A stretch of DNA of 64,000 bases from an uncultured Thermococci archaeon. GTDB lineage: Archaea > CAYQAE01 > CAYVLA01. The stretch covers positions 1 to 64,000 of the forward strand of contig CAZJVP010000090.1 in assembly GCA_964549615.1 (NCBI GenBank), given 5' to 3'. Shown one piece after another: positions 49,508-59,179 of this stretch. The notes under the pieces were generated by a model. It was not told the DNA's origin, did not search any database, and worked only from the letters and a program-made list of their open reading frames with translations. Each line of letters opens with the position of its first letter. Positions within the stretch are counted from its first letter, which is position 1. A program made the position numbers and the translations under genes.

Positions 49508-50101
49508 CTACTCGATCTCGATCTTCTTGCCCTTCCTGGCGGGGCCGGACTTCTCTAGGACCACCTCAAGAACTCCGTTGTTGTACTTGGCCTTCGCGGA
49601 TTCCGGCTTCACTGTAACCGGGAGGTCTATGTCCTTGTAGTACTTCCTCTTCTCTGTGTCAACCCTGATGCCCAGGCTGTTCTCGGTGGTTTCCAGATTG
49701 ATGTCGCTCTTATCGACCCCGGGCAGCTCTGCCGTCACTATGACTTGCTTATCGGTCTCTTGCACGTCAACCAACGGCTCCCTCCCGCCTGGCAGGCCCT
49801 CTCTCATCCCAGATGCGATCCCCCTTATGTTGCCGAATTCCTCGATGTGGGGAATCCCATCCGGGCCCATACGCATCGACCATCCATAGACGTAGGGCCC
49901 GCCCTCCTCGGGCGACTTCAACTCGCCCCTTCGAGCCTTCTCGAAGAGACGGTTCATCTCCTCCCTCATCTGCCTCATGCTCTCGTCGAACTCTCTGAAG
50001 AAATCGCTCCTGTCAAAGAAGCTCCTGCCAAAGAACTCATCCTCTATCCAATCAAACGGGTCCCGCCTTCGGGGCCTTCTTGTCCACCAAGACATCCCCA
50101 T
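49508..50101 (-). CDS. hsp20: Archaeal small heat shock protein Hsp20
   Basis: GPYVYGWS...GPDG...EFGN, REPLVDV, AELPGV and AKAKYNNGVLEV. Confidence 0.95.
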   Translation of the reverse strand: MGMSWWTRRPRRRDPFDWIEDEFFGRSFFDRSDFFREFDESMRQMREEMNRLFEKARRGELKSPEEGGPYVYGWSMRMGPDGIPHIEEFGNIRGIASGMREGLPGGREPLVDVQETDKQVIVTAELPGVDKSDINLETTENSLGIRVDTEKRKYYKDIDLPVTVKPESAKAKYNNGVLEVVLEKSGPARKGKKIEIE

Positions 50102-50172
50102 CACCTCTCCTTCTTTTTTTGAGGTCGTGCTTGACGGTTGGCCCAAGCGGCCGCAGGCAATGCAGCCCCCTG

Positions 50173-50195
50173 GTTATCAACCTGAAGTTAATAAC
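50173..50195. promoter_or_regulatory. Palindromic operator GTTATCAAC-N5-GTTAATAAC at the hsp20 operon promoter
   Basis: 8/9 inverted repeat with an AAC-N5-GTT core, just downstream (minus strand) of a TTTTTATA box at ~50207-50214. Confidence 0.65.
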
Positions 50196-50298
50196 TGCCG
50201 AGGTAATATAAAAACTTAACGCTTCAGCGCCTTCGGAGCCAATCTGCTGCAAATACCGGCATAGCAACCGCTTTATCCGGGCCGTCCAACGCCCGGGC

Positions 50299-51174
50299 GT
50301 GGGTTTCCCACGCGAGCGCCCGGCCATCAAGCCATCCGTGGCCCTGTCCATCAGCGTCGCCTCGGCATCGACGGCCGCAATACTCATCCGTCTTACGTCC
50401 GCACGCCCGCTCGCGATCGCGGCCCTCAGGATGAGCTTCGCAGCGCTGTTGTTGCTTCCCTTCCTTGGAGTCGAAGGTGTTCGCCGGTTGACCATGCTCG
50501 ATCGGAGGGACGCGAGAGCACTTCTGGCCATAGGGTTCTGCCTGGCCATGCACTTTGCTCTCTGGGTCACCTCGTTGCGATACACGTCGGTTGCGGCATC
50601 TGTTCTCATGGTTTCGACGTCGCCCATCTTCGTCGCGCTCTTTGGTAGAATGCTTCTGCGCGAGAGAATTGCCTCGATGGCGGCAGTGGGAATAGCGCTG
50701 GCGATCGCGGGAATGGCGTCGATCGTCCTATCCCGCGGCGCGCTGCCGGGAGATCTTCGGGGCACAACGATGTCCATCCTCGCGGCAGTAGCGGTGTCCG
50801 GGTACCTCATCGGGGGAAGGAGGCTTCGGCAGAGGGTCGCACTGGTCACCTACGCCTTCTGCGTCTACGCCGCGGCCGCCATGGTCCTCCTCATCATGGC
50901 CGCCTTCACCGGGGCAAAGCTCGTTGGCCTGCGGCCCAGGGATTATGCAATGCTCATCCTGCTGGGCATCGTCCCAAGCCATCTCGGCCACACGCTCTAC
51001 AACTACCTGCTGAGGTATCTCGACGCAAAGGTAATCGCCGTGTCGACTCTGGGGGAGCCGCTTCTCTCCTCGCTGCTCGCCTACGCGATCTTGGGCGAGT
51101 CGCCGGGGGCCGCGATGTTCCTCGGGGCACCGTTGGTTCTTCTTGGCATCTACCTCACGGCAAAGGCAAGCTAG
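50299..51174 (+). CDS. DMT/EamA family transporter
   Basis: About ten hydrophobic helices; SLRYTSVA, GHTLYNY and LGEP. Confidence 0.85.
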   Translation: MGFPRERPAIKPSVALSISVASASTAAILIRLTSARPLAIAALRMSFAALLLLPFLGVEGVRRLTMLDRRDARALLAIGFCLAMHFALWVTSLRYTSVAASVLMVSTSPIFVALFGRMLLRERIASMAAVGIALAIAGMASIVLSRGALPGDLRGTTMSILAAVAVSGYLIGGRRLRQRVALVTYAFCVYAAAAMVLLIMAAFTGAKLVGLRPRDYAMLILLGIVPSHLGHTLYNYLLRYLDAKVIAVSTLGEPLLSSLLAYAILGESPGAAMFLGAPLVLLGIYLTAKAS

Positions 51175-51197
51175 GGGCGTCGAGCTGCCCTTTGCTT

Positions 51198-53324
51198 TCA
51201 CGCATCTTTCCCAACCTCGGCAAGGATCGGGTCAAGCGGACGAAGGATGAGCTCCCCATCGCTTGCCTGTTCGGACAGGAGATCGTGGATCGTGACGGCA
51301 GGGCCCTCGGGAAGCGTCCACCTGACCGTCAGATCGCGCCGAAGCAGGTTGACTGCGTTAAGCAGCCATCGGTCGCCCAGACGGACGTCGAGCCACTCGA
51401 CGCCCCATGCGATCTCACCGGATGAATCTGCGGGGAAGATCGCAGGCCGCCCCAAATGTCTAAGCAGAAACGAGCGCAGCTTCCGAGGATCCAGCCCGGC
51501 CTTAATCGTCGGAGCCCTGGCGAGGGCTGAGGCAACGCTTGCTGGAAGCGGCCTGTCATGCTCGTCGAACTCTGGGGCGTCACCTACGACGATCAGCTTG
51601 CCTCCCCTCCTGGTGAACTCGGCAAGCGTCTTGCCGACCTCGCCCTCGACGTGATGCGCGTTCGTCACGATCAGAACCGGAAGCATCCCCGGTCCCGGAA
51701 CCGCCCCGGCTGCGACGAAGCCTATCCTTCTTCCGGTGAAGTTGAGTGCCTCGTAGACCTTCTTCAGCTCGGTGAGATGGGCATCGTCGTAAACGATCGA
51801 CGCGATCGAGTACACGAGTCCGACGGCCGGCCGCACCCCTTGAAGGGCGGTTACCTCTTCCGAGAACCGCATGAGGTCCAGAGAAGTCTCGCCAACCGCC
51901 CGAACGCATAGGGGCCGGTGCATTATGCTCCCGGCAAAATCGCTTGCCTCATCGTAGGTCCTCTCCCAGACCCATATGGTCGTCGCGCACTGCCCGTGGA
52001 TGGCGCCCTGCCAGAGGGCGGTCCTGACGTGCTTCCAAGGGATCCTTTCCCGTTCCCTATCCTTGATGATGTGGTTCTCGCTGTTGAATACGGGCCTGTT
52101 GGCAAAGGAGCGAAGAAGGTCGTAGAACATGTTCTGCGTGAGCCATTCCTGGGCATACTCATCCCCTTCATGTCTGTACATGCACCAGCAGTCGTTGCCA
52201 TTGACCTGTAAGAGTTGGCAGAACAGCCGAGGGTCAACGCCGTTAGCGATCGCCCGACGGTCGAAGATGGTGGGCATGATCTTGGCGTGGACGGCTATCT
52301 CGGGCGCAATACCATGCACGATCTGGGCCATCCAACGATGCCAGTCTGCGAACCGTTCCTGGTTGAACACACACCACTCATAGTACAGCGGGGTTGGCTG
52401 GACGCAACGCCAGTCCGGGATCGGGAACGCTTCGAAGCTTGGGGCGTCCGTGCGAAGCTTCTCCCTTGCCTCCTTTAGGTTTCCTCCGAAGGCTTTCTGC
52501 AGGTGCGCGGCCCAAAGGGATCTTGTGTACCGATCTTCCGCGCATGTTCGGTAGATGGGCTCGTTCGTAAGGCAGATGCTGTGAAGGGCCGGCTTGTCCT
52601 TCACCCTCGAAATGACCAACCTGATGTGCCGAGCAATCACGTCGCGGGCCTCGGGCGCATCTATGCAGAACTTGATGAATCCCCCTTCGCACCTTGACAG
52701 ATGTGGGTATTGCCTGAACGCCCATTCCGGGAAGTAGTGAGGAGACAAGAGGAGGCATATCGAGACGTTGTGCTCGGCCGCGCGGTCAAAAGTCTCAAGG
52801 ACCCCCTCAAGCCTTCGGGTCTCCATTTCCTTCGGCCCGACGACGGTCGAGCTGGGGCCGATCTCGATCTGGATGACGTTGACCCCGTACTCATCGAACT
52901 TGGGAAGATCCCTCCTCACCTGATCGAAATGTCCGTATCCCGTGAATATGATCGGGGAGATCTCGTTGCTGCCGTCCGGCCACCTACGCATAGCCTGGAA
53001 ATGCCCGTCCCGAACCGCGATCTTGGAGGTCCGGAACTTGGGAACCGTTGGAGGAGTTGAGCGCCCGTCAAGAAAGGCGCGGATCTGGGACCTTGCATCG
53101 GCCAAGATCCAAAAGAGCTCTTCGGCTGTTGTCTGGGCCCTAGAGAACTCGCCGTGAGAGAGGTCCTGAAGCCCGTATGGGATGAAGTCCTTCAGGACCC
53201 TCAGAGCTAGCTTCTGGTAGGCAAGGTTGAGGCCATTTTGCTCAAGGTGGGCGAGCTCGCGCTCCAGATCGTTTGTCTCCCTTTGCAGGCGGGCGAACTG
53301 TTCGGGTAGATCTCCTGTCGCCAT
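51198..53324 (-). CDS. Beta-galactosidase GH42-like glycoside hydrolase
   Basis: LLSPHYFPEW, LTNEP and FNSENH; C-terminal trimerisation-like domain. Confidence 0.7.
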   Translation of the reverse strand: MATGDLPEQFARLQRETNDLERELAHLEQNGLNLAYQKLALRVLKDFIPYGLQDLSHGEFSRAQTTAEELFWILADARSQIRAFLDGRSTPPTVPKFRTSKIAVRDGHFQAMRRWPDGSNEISPIIFTGYGHFDQVRRDLPKFDEYGVNVIQIEIGPSSTVVGPKEMETRRLEGVLETFDRAAEHNVSICLLLSPHYFPEWAFRQYPHLSRCEGGFIKFCIDAPEARDVIARHIRLVISRVKDKPALHSICLTNEPIYRTCAEDRYTRSLWAAHLQKAFGGNLKEAREKLRTDAPSFEAFPIPDWRCVQPTPLYYEWCVFNQERFADWHRWMAQIVHGIAPEIAVHAKIMPTIFDRRAIANGVDPRLFCQLLQVNGNDCWCMYRHEGDEYAQEWLTQNMFYDLLRSFANRPVFNSENHIIKDRERERIPWKHVRTALWQGAIHGQCATTIWVWERTYDEASDFAGSIMHRPLCVRAVGETSLDLMRFSEEVTALQGVRPAVGLVYSIASIVYDDAHLTELKKVYEALNFTGRRIGFVAAGAVPGPGMLPVLIVTNAHHVEGEVGKTLAEFTRRGGKLIVVGDAPEFDEHDRPLPASVASALARAPTIKAGLDPRKLRSFLLRHLGRPAIFPADSSGEIAWGVEWLDVRLGDRWLLNAVNLLRRDLTVRWTLPEGPAVTIHDLLSEQASDGELILRPLDPILAEVGKDA

Positions 53325-53341
53325 GGTTTTCGGGTCAACCC

Positions 53342-54946
53342 TTAGGGCCTGTTATATTGATTTGGCAAACCGGTAGGGGGATCGCAGTTCTGGGCCCCTT
53401 CCTTGTCGCAGAGACCTCTCGCATATATGCGAACATCCCTCAGAGATCCCTTGAAGTAGTCGTGCTCCCCGAATCCTATCATCAAGGGTCTAGAGTTGGT
53501 TACGTTCACCCTCCGGCTCCCGAGCTTCTCACGGGCGACGGTCCTTCCGTTCACCAGCAGGCAGAGCTCCCGCGACCGTCTTACGGCAACGATGTGCTGC
53601 CAACCGGCCTTAAGCTCCCAGTCGTGCGTCACGCAGCACCCGGCAGTCAGGGAGTGAACATGGCCGGAGGGGAGGGTCCCGCAGAACAATTTCCCTCTGA
53701 ACACCGCCATCGACCATGCCCTCCTGTATTTGACGCCCGGCGTGGCATCCAGCTGGCCCACGTCCACCCAATCGCGCCCGCCGTCGTACCTGTAGACGCG
53801 GGCCGAGGGCAGGGTCCCTGCGTATAGCTTCCCGTTGAAAACAGCCATCCCCATGACCTCCATTTCCTCGCCCAGCCTGCCGCAGTCCTGCCATCCATCC
53901 CCGGACATTCTGAACACCCTCCCGGAGGGCCAGGTGCCCACGCAAAGGCTTCCGCGGTGTATGGCAAACGAATAGGTCTGAGTGTTCCCAGGAGGAGTCC
54001 CGCAATCGGACCAAGAGGAGCCACCCTCGTAGCGGTAGACGCCGCCTCGCTCGGCGTCCCAACCTGACCCGTATAGGTGTCCGCGGTACACGGTGAGCGC
54101 TTCGACCCGACCGCCGGGGTTCCCGCAGTCCGTCCACTCCCTTGCTGCCTCATACCTGAACAGGCCGGCAGGAGCGTACATGGACGAGGCGTAGAGCCTG
54201 CCGGAGAACACGGCGAGCCCACCGATCGCCTCGCCCCGGCCGACCTTGCCACAGTCGGTCCAACTCCTTCCGCCCTCGTAGCGAAAGACCCTTCCCCCGG
54301 GCGTCATATTCTCTGACTCAGGCAATGCCGACCCGGATGAGCGGTAGTGGGACGCAGCAGCATACAGCTTCCCATCGTACACGGCCAAAGATGTGATGGC
54401 GTTGCTCGGATGAGGGCTTCCGCAGTCGATCCAGGTCGTCCTGCCGGCGTAGCGATAGACGTGTCCGCGTTGCTCCTCACCGATCTCGAACGTGCCGGCG
54501 TACAGCCCGCCCCGGTACACGCACAGGGACCAGACTAGGACGGCTTGGCCTGGACGCCCGCAGTCAGCCCACTTCGGTGCTAGACCGGCATCGACTCCGA
54601 AGAAGAGGTTCCTGTAGTTTGGCTGGGACGAGACCACGCCATGGAGGTTCAGAATCGAAATGTTGAATCCCGTCCGCGACTCGGGGTCGTACTTGGTAAG
54701 GATGTCCCCCAACGCGTCATCCAGCTTGGCGTCGGTATGAACCCAAGCGGCGATGGAGAACTCGCCTTCACCCAGGTGCAGGAACGCGTCATCCGGAACC
54801 TCGACGTAGGAGTCGACGCCGGTGAACCTGGCGCCACTAGGAGCCAATTCGACCCCACGGCAAACCCCGTGGTTATCATTACCTGAGGAATCCTTGCAAT
54901 CGCCCTGCAGCCTCCACCGGCCAACCATATCGTCTTCCAAGTCCAT
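53342..54946 (-). CDS. LamG-like jellyroll protein with an inserted beta-propeller
   Basis: LamG N-half (DSSGNDNHG, FSIAAWV) and C-half (WQHIVAV, FKGSLRDVRIY) flank seven W-x-D-C/V-G repeats. Confidence 0.7.
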   Translation of the reverse strand: MDLEDDMVGRWRLQGDCKDSSGNDNHGVCRGVELAPSGARFTGVDSYVEVPDDAFLHLGEGEFSIAAWVHTDAKLDDALGDILTKYDPESRTGFNISILNLHGVVSSQPNYRNLFFGVDAGLAPKWADCGRPGQAVLVWSLCVYRGGLYAGTFEIGEEQRGHVYRYAGRTTWIDCGSPHPSNAITSLAVYDGKLYAAASHYRSSGSALPESENMTPGGRVFRYEGGRSWTDCGKVGRGEAIGGLAVFSGRLYASSMYAPAGLFRYEAAREWTDCGNPGGRVEALTVYRGHLYGSGWDAERGGVYRYEGGSSWSDCGTPPGNTQTYSFAIHRGSLCVGTWPSGRVFRMSGDGWQDCGRLGEEMEVMGMAVFNGKLYAGTLPSARVYRYDGGRDWVDVGQLDATPGVKYRRAWSMAVFRGKLFCGTLPSGHVHSLTAGCCVTHDWELKAGWQHIVAVRRSRELCLLVNGRTVAREKLGSRRVNVTNSRPLMIGFGEHDYFKGSLRDVRIYARGLCDKEGAQNCDPPTGLPNQYNRP

Positions 54947-55080
54947 CGCAGCTCACCCGGTATTGCCCCCGGCTTCTTCCATCGAGGAACTCTGCGCGAA
55001 CGATGAACACAGCCTTTCGGGATGGCCATGCCGACGCGGCCAACCCTGATCCCCACCTCGGACGAAACGCGGGATCATGC

Positions 55081-55500
55081 CTAGAACACTTGAACGTTGA
55101 CCAAGGTCGGCAACTTGCGCTTGAGCCTCTGGACTTCATAACCATAAAGGTAGCTGCGCGGTTCTATCTCCAAGATGCCGAAGATGATCTTGGACTGCTT
55201 CCTTTCCATTTCGCCTCCCGCGTCCACCCCGATCAGTTGGTAGAAATCCGATCCTAGTTGCTGGGCTGGCGCTAGGTAGATGGGAAGCGAGAGGCCTTGA
55301 AGTTCATCCTTGCCCAGGAGTGCCACCACCTTGTCGAGATCCCTTCGATCGACCGCGAACTCGGTTCCGTCCCTGGATGTGAAATGAGGCTTTGGCTCGC
55401 CGAGGAGAACCAAGATCGGCTTGGCCAACGGCATCGAAAGCCTTGAGCGACGCCTCTCAAACTCGATGGCCTTCTGGAGCTTCTCGAATCCTTCGCCCAC
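55081..55500 (-). CDS. DUF61/UPF0216-like archaeal protein
   Basis: RDGTEF, LPIYL and YEVQRLKRKLPT resemble the DUF61 pattern as I recall it. GTG start inferred. Confidence 0.55.
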   Translation of the reverse strand: MGEGFEKLQKAIEFERRRSRLSMPLAKPILVLLGEPKPHFTSRDGTEFAVDRRDLDKVVALLGKDELQGLSLPIYLAPAQQLGSDFYQLIGVDAGGEMERKQSKIIFGILEIEPRSYLYGYEVQRLKRKLPTLVNVQVF

Positions 55501-55760
55501 ATCGATCGCTCGTCTCCGGCAAAGATAACTTTCGCTCAAGCGCGGCCAAGCTCGGCGACATCCATTCCGGCATCTGACCCGGCTTCCTTCCGCCTCATAA
55601 CCAAGGTGGCGCAGTGACGGACGCGGCAAGGGCGGGCAGACATCGCAGGCCTTCCCAGGGACACGAGGCGCGAGGTCGATGGCGGCAGCGTGCCCGCCAC
55701 GATGTGGCCGATTGGAGCACATTATTCTTTAACGCATCCGCTCTGCTGTAGCTGAGGCCA

Positions 55761-56495
55761 ATGCGCGGAAGACTGAGACTTGGGGACTACCTCGCGCCTA
55801 CAACGGTTGACTGGCCGGGAAAATGCGCGATGATAGTGTGGTTTGCCGGCTGCAACTTCAGGTGCCCCTACTGCCAGAATGCGAGCATCGTCCCCCCGGG
55901 GTCGGGTAGGGATTGTCCAATTGACGAGCTTAAGTCCGCGATAGACGAAAACGTGATCTGGATCGACGGCGTGGTCTTCTCAGGCGGCGAGCCTACGCTG
56001 CAGGAACGGGCCCTCATGGAGCTCTCAGCCCACGTGAAGGAGAAAAAAAGGGGCGTTTTGGTGGACACCAATGGGTCAAGGCCTACAGTGTTGGAGACGA
56101 TGCTGAACGAGGGCTTGGTAGACCACGTGAGCCTGGATCTGAAGGCGTCCCCGGAGAGGTACCCGCAGGTGACGGGCGCAGTCGAGGGTGCGGCTGCGAG
56201 GGTCCTGGAATCGCTCGAGCTGTCGCTCGAATCGAAGGCCGTCACCGAGGTCCGGACGACGGTGGTTCCCGGGCTGGTGGGCGCGAAGGACATAGAGTCG
56301 ATCGCAAAGCTGGCGAAGGAGTGCGACGTGTACTACCTCCAACAGTTCCGTCCCGAGGGCGACCTACTCGACAAGTCCCTCGTGTCGGTGAGACCTCCCA
56401 CGCACAGGGAGCTGGTCCGGCTCGGAGCGATCGCCAAGAGGTACGTCGCCAAGGTGGGCGTCAAGACCAGGGAGTTCGGGGTGCAGTACATCTAG
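55761..56495 (+). CDS. Radical SAM anaerobic ribonucleotide reductase activating protein (NrdG-like)
   Basis: TTVDWPGK, GCNFRCPYCQN, SGGEPTLQ, DTNGS, EVRTTVVP and LQQF. Confidence 0.85.
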   Translation: MRGRLRLGDYLAPTTVDWPGKCAMIVWFAGCNFRCPYCQNASIVPPGSGRDCPIDELKSAIDENVIWIDGVVFSGGEPTLQERALMELSAHVKEKKRGVLVDTNGSRPTVLETMLNEGLVDHVSLDLKASPERYPQVTGAVEGAAARVLESLELSLESKAVTEVRTTVVPGLVGAKDIESIAKLAKECDVYYLQQFRPEGDLLDKSLVSVRPPTHRELVRLGAIAKRYVAKVGVKTREFGVQYI

Positions 56496-56559
56496 GCTTC
56501 CAAGGGCCACAGCAGGCCCATGCCAAACGCTTTTCTGTAACCAGCGATTTCCCTTACCC

Positions 56560-57606
56560 ATGCCGAGGCTGAGAACAAATGAGGTCGTATTCCCGATCAG
56601 CGAGTCGAATCCCAGGAATGGGGAGGGGGACATCGCAGAGCTCAAGGACGGGCGGCTCCTCCTGGCGTACACGGAGTTCTACGGGGGCAGCGCGGACGGT
56701 TCGGCGGCAAGGATTTCGGGCAGGATCTCGGAGGACGGGGGATTCACCTGGGGCCCACCCTTCGTGCTTCAGCCCAACGTCGGAAGGCTGAACGTCATGT
56801 CCGTCAGCTTGGAGCGTCTGAGCTCGGGCGACCTCGGCTTCCTCTACCTTGTGAAAAATGGTCCTGACGACTGCAAGGCCTACCTCCGGAAGTCAAGCGA
56901 CGACGGCGCCAACTGGTCCGAGCCCGTCTGTGCCACCCCTGAGAGGGGATACCACGTGGTGAACAACGACAGGCTGGTGGAGCTGTCGGGGGGCCGGCTC
57001 ATCGTCCCGGCGTGCAGCTTCCCCGAGGGAATCCAAGTGTGGCGGAACTGGGCCACGGTTTTCTACTCGGACGATGGCGGCCACAGTTGGCAGAGATCGG
57101 TCTCGGAGCTGGCCGTTGAGGGATCCAAGTCGGGCATGCAGGAACCCGGGGTGGTCGAGCTGAAGGACGGGAGCCTGCTCATGTTCATGAGGTGCGACCT
57201 CGGGTACATCTACCAGTCCAGATCCTTCGACGGCGGGCTGACGTGGTCTGAGCCCCGTCCCACCCAACTCCGCGCGCCGGTCTCCCCGAGTACCCTGAAG
57301 AGGATTCCATCGACAGGCGACCTTCTAGTGATCTGGAACAACCGGGAGAACGCCCCAGAATCGGAGCCATTCTCCCGCAGGACGCCCTTGACCTCGGCCA
57401 TCTCCCAGGACGAGGGCGCGAGCTGGGGTCATTTCCGGGATGTTGAATCGGACCGAACCAGAACCTACTGCTACACGAGCGTCACCTTCGTTGGTGAGAG
57501 GGCCCTCCTATCGTACTACATCTCTGAAAGGCTGCCGCAGGGCGAGAGGGTCCTAGCATCGCTCAAGGTGAAGATCTTGGATCAGAGCTGGTTTTACGGC
57601 AGCTGA
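56560..57606 (+). CDS. Sialidase-like Asp-box (BNR) beta-propeller
   Basis: Five Asp-boxes (SEDGGFTW, SDDGANW, SDDGGHSW, SFDGGLTW, SQDEGASW); also RNGEG, QEPG and RTPL. Confidence 0.85.
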   Translation: MPRLRTNEVVFPISESNPRNGEGDIAELKDGRLLLAYTEFYGGSADGSAARISGRISEDGGFTWGPPFVLQPNVGRLNVMSVSLERLSSGDLGFLYLVKNGPDDCKAYLRKSSDDGANWSEPVCATPERGYHVVNNDRLVELSGGRLIVPACSFPEGIQVWRNWATVFYSDDGGHSWQRSVSELAVEGSKSGMQEPGVVELKDGSLLMFMRCDLGYIYQSRSFDGGLTWSEPRPTQLRAPVSPSTLKRIPSTGDLLVIWNNRENAPESEPFSRRTPLTSAISQDEGASWGHFRDVESDRTRTYCYTSVTFVGERALLSYYISERLPQGERVLASLKVKILDQSWFYGS

Positions 57607-57656
57607 GGCCATGCCCGCCTTGGCGCAGTTGGCACTGCATGATCGGACATGCACGG

Positions 57657-58796
57657 TCAGAGTAATCTCTCGTAGTCCCGGAGACGATGGAAGGTAATGT
57701 AGTTCGCATCGTGGAAGTTGTGCGCAACCTCGAAGGCTGTTCTGACGAGGATGAGGATGTCGCTTCCGTCGAAGACCCAGTCGGGGTACTGGAAGCCGAT
57801 CTTGCACCCTTTGCCTACCCTCCTTTCGTCTTCCTGGACATACAGCAACACGGCTCGGCGTTTCCAAGAGACCAGATCCTGGGACGAGGAGAGAACAAGC
57901 ACGTTGCGTTGCCACGGGTTCCGACGCACGAACACCTCGTTGGAGATCATCAGGTAACTACCGGTCGTCGCGTCAAACCTTATGACGAACTTTGACATAC
58001 CTCCCGGAAGATCCACGAACCCCGTCCGCGGGCCGAAGCTGAGAGTCGCCCCGTCCTCGGAGACCTTGGTCACGGCCGCCTTGTTCGCGACGGGGACGGA
58101 GTTGACTCTCATCACGTTCCAGATCTGGTCATCGGGGGCCCGGACCACATTCCCCTCAAGCCACCCGGCCCTGCAGGGGCTAAACTCGGGAGGATCGCCG
58201 TCGCGGTCGTACGGAAGCTTGTTGGTCATCTTCCATGACGAAGCCCGGAGCAGGTCGGACTCGGCATCGGCCGAGATGACGGCGGCGTGGAAGCCGGGCC
58301 AACGGCCAAGCACGTTGTCCTCGAAGGCCCGCCAGATCCGTCCGCGATGCTCGAGCACGGGCACAGGAGCGCAGTGGTAGTTCGGCGCCTTCCGCCCCGG
58401 TCCGCCCCGGAACAGGAGACCCGAGCTTTCATCCACCGAGTCGGTCCAATTCCAACCCCCGTCCTTTGACCGGCGGATCACTATGTCGCCGTCATGGGCG
58501 GAACACCCCAAGAGGTAGTTGCAGCCCCGGTAGGTGAAGAGCGAGGACCAGAACGCTCTCCTTATCTCGACGACGGGATTCCATGTTAGTCCGCCGTCCT
58601 CCGAGCGGCAGATCCTCGAGACGAACTCCCTGCGGAACCGGTCCCTCGGGCTGCAAGGGCCGAAGAAGTCATGTGAGGCGATGATGTCGCCATCCTCTGC
58701 CAAGGCTAGGCTGGGGCTTCCGAGGTAGACCCGTGAATCGGCAGGGCTGTACGCGACGACGTGCTCCAGCGGGTTCTCAAACACGGGTTTGAACAC
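57657..58796 (-). CDS. Sialidase-like Asp-box (BNR) beta-propeller
   Basis: YLGSPS, SEDGGLTW, SKDGGWNW, WLEGN, GFQYPDW and HNFHDANY. Confidence 0.8.
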   Translation of the reverse strand: MFKPVFENPLEHVVAYSPADSRVYLGSPSLALAEDGDIIASHDFFGPCSPRDRFRREFVSRICRSEDGGLTWNPVVEIRRAFWSSLFTYRGCNYLLGCSAHDGDIVIRRSKDGGWNWTDSVDESSGLLFRGGPGRKAPNYHCAPVPVLEHRGRIWRAFEDNVLGRWPGFHAAVISADAESDLLRASSWKMTNKLPYDRDGDPPEFSPCRAGWLEGNVVRAPDDQIWNVMRVNSVPVANKAAVTKVSEDGATLSFGPRTGFVDLPGGMSKFVIRFDATTGSYLMISNEVFVRRNPWQRNVLVLSSSQDLVSWKRRAVLLYVQEDERRVGKGCKIGFQYPDWVFDGSDILILVRTAFEVAHNFHDANYITFHRLRDYERLL

Positions 58797-59179
58797 TCAC
58801 GGAACCTGCCCTGCATTCGGTCAACTTATCCTGAGAGGCGCGAGGGCGACTAGGGCGAATAAAGATTTGTTTCTTGCTCCGGGTCGGGTCCGCACGATAC
58901 TAGGCAAGATATAGTTGGTCCTGCAGCCCTCAGAGAGTCCCCCTGTCCGAGCTTTGGAGAATAACCTCCTGGACGTCGCTTCCATCTTCATCCACCTGCT
59001 CCCTAAATGCGGGTTTCAGCTTATCCGGCTTATAGGCGGAGCTCTTACTGACAAGCGTTACCGGTCGGAGGTCGGAAGCGTCTCAGGCGCATGCCGGGAC
59101 ATCCGGGTGGAGCTGTTCGACAGCCGCCGGTTCGAGGGAAGATATGTAAGAGGTGCGCGAGGGGCTCATCAGAGGAAGC

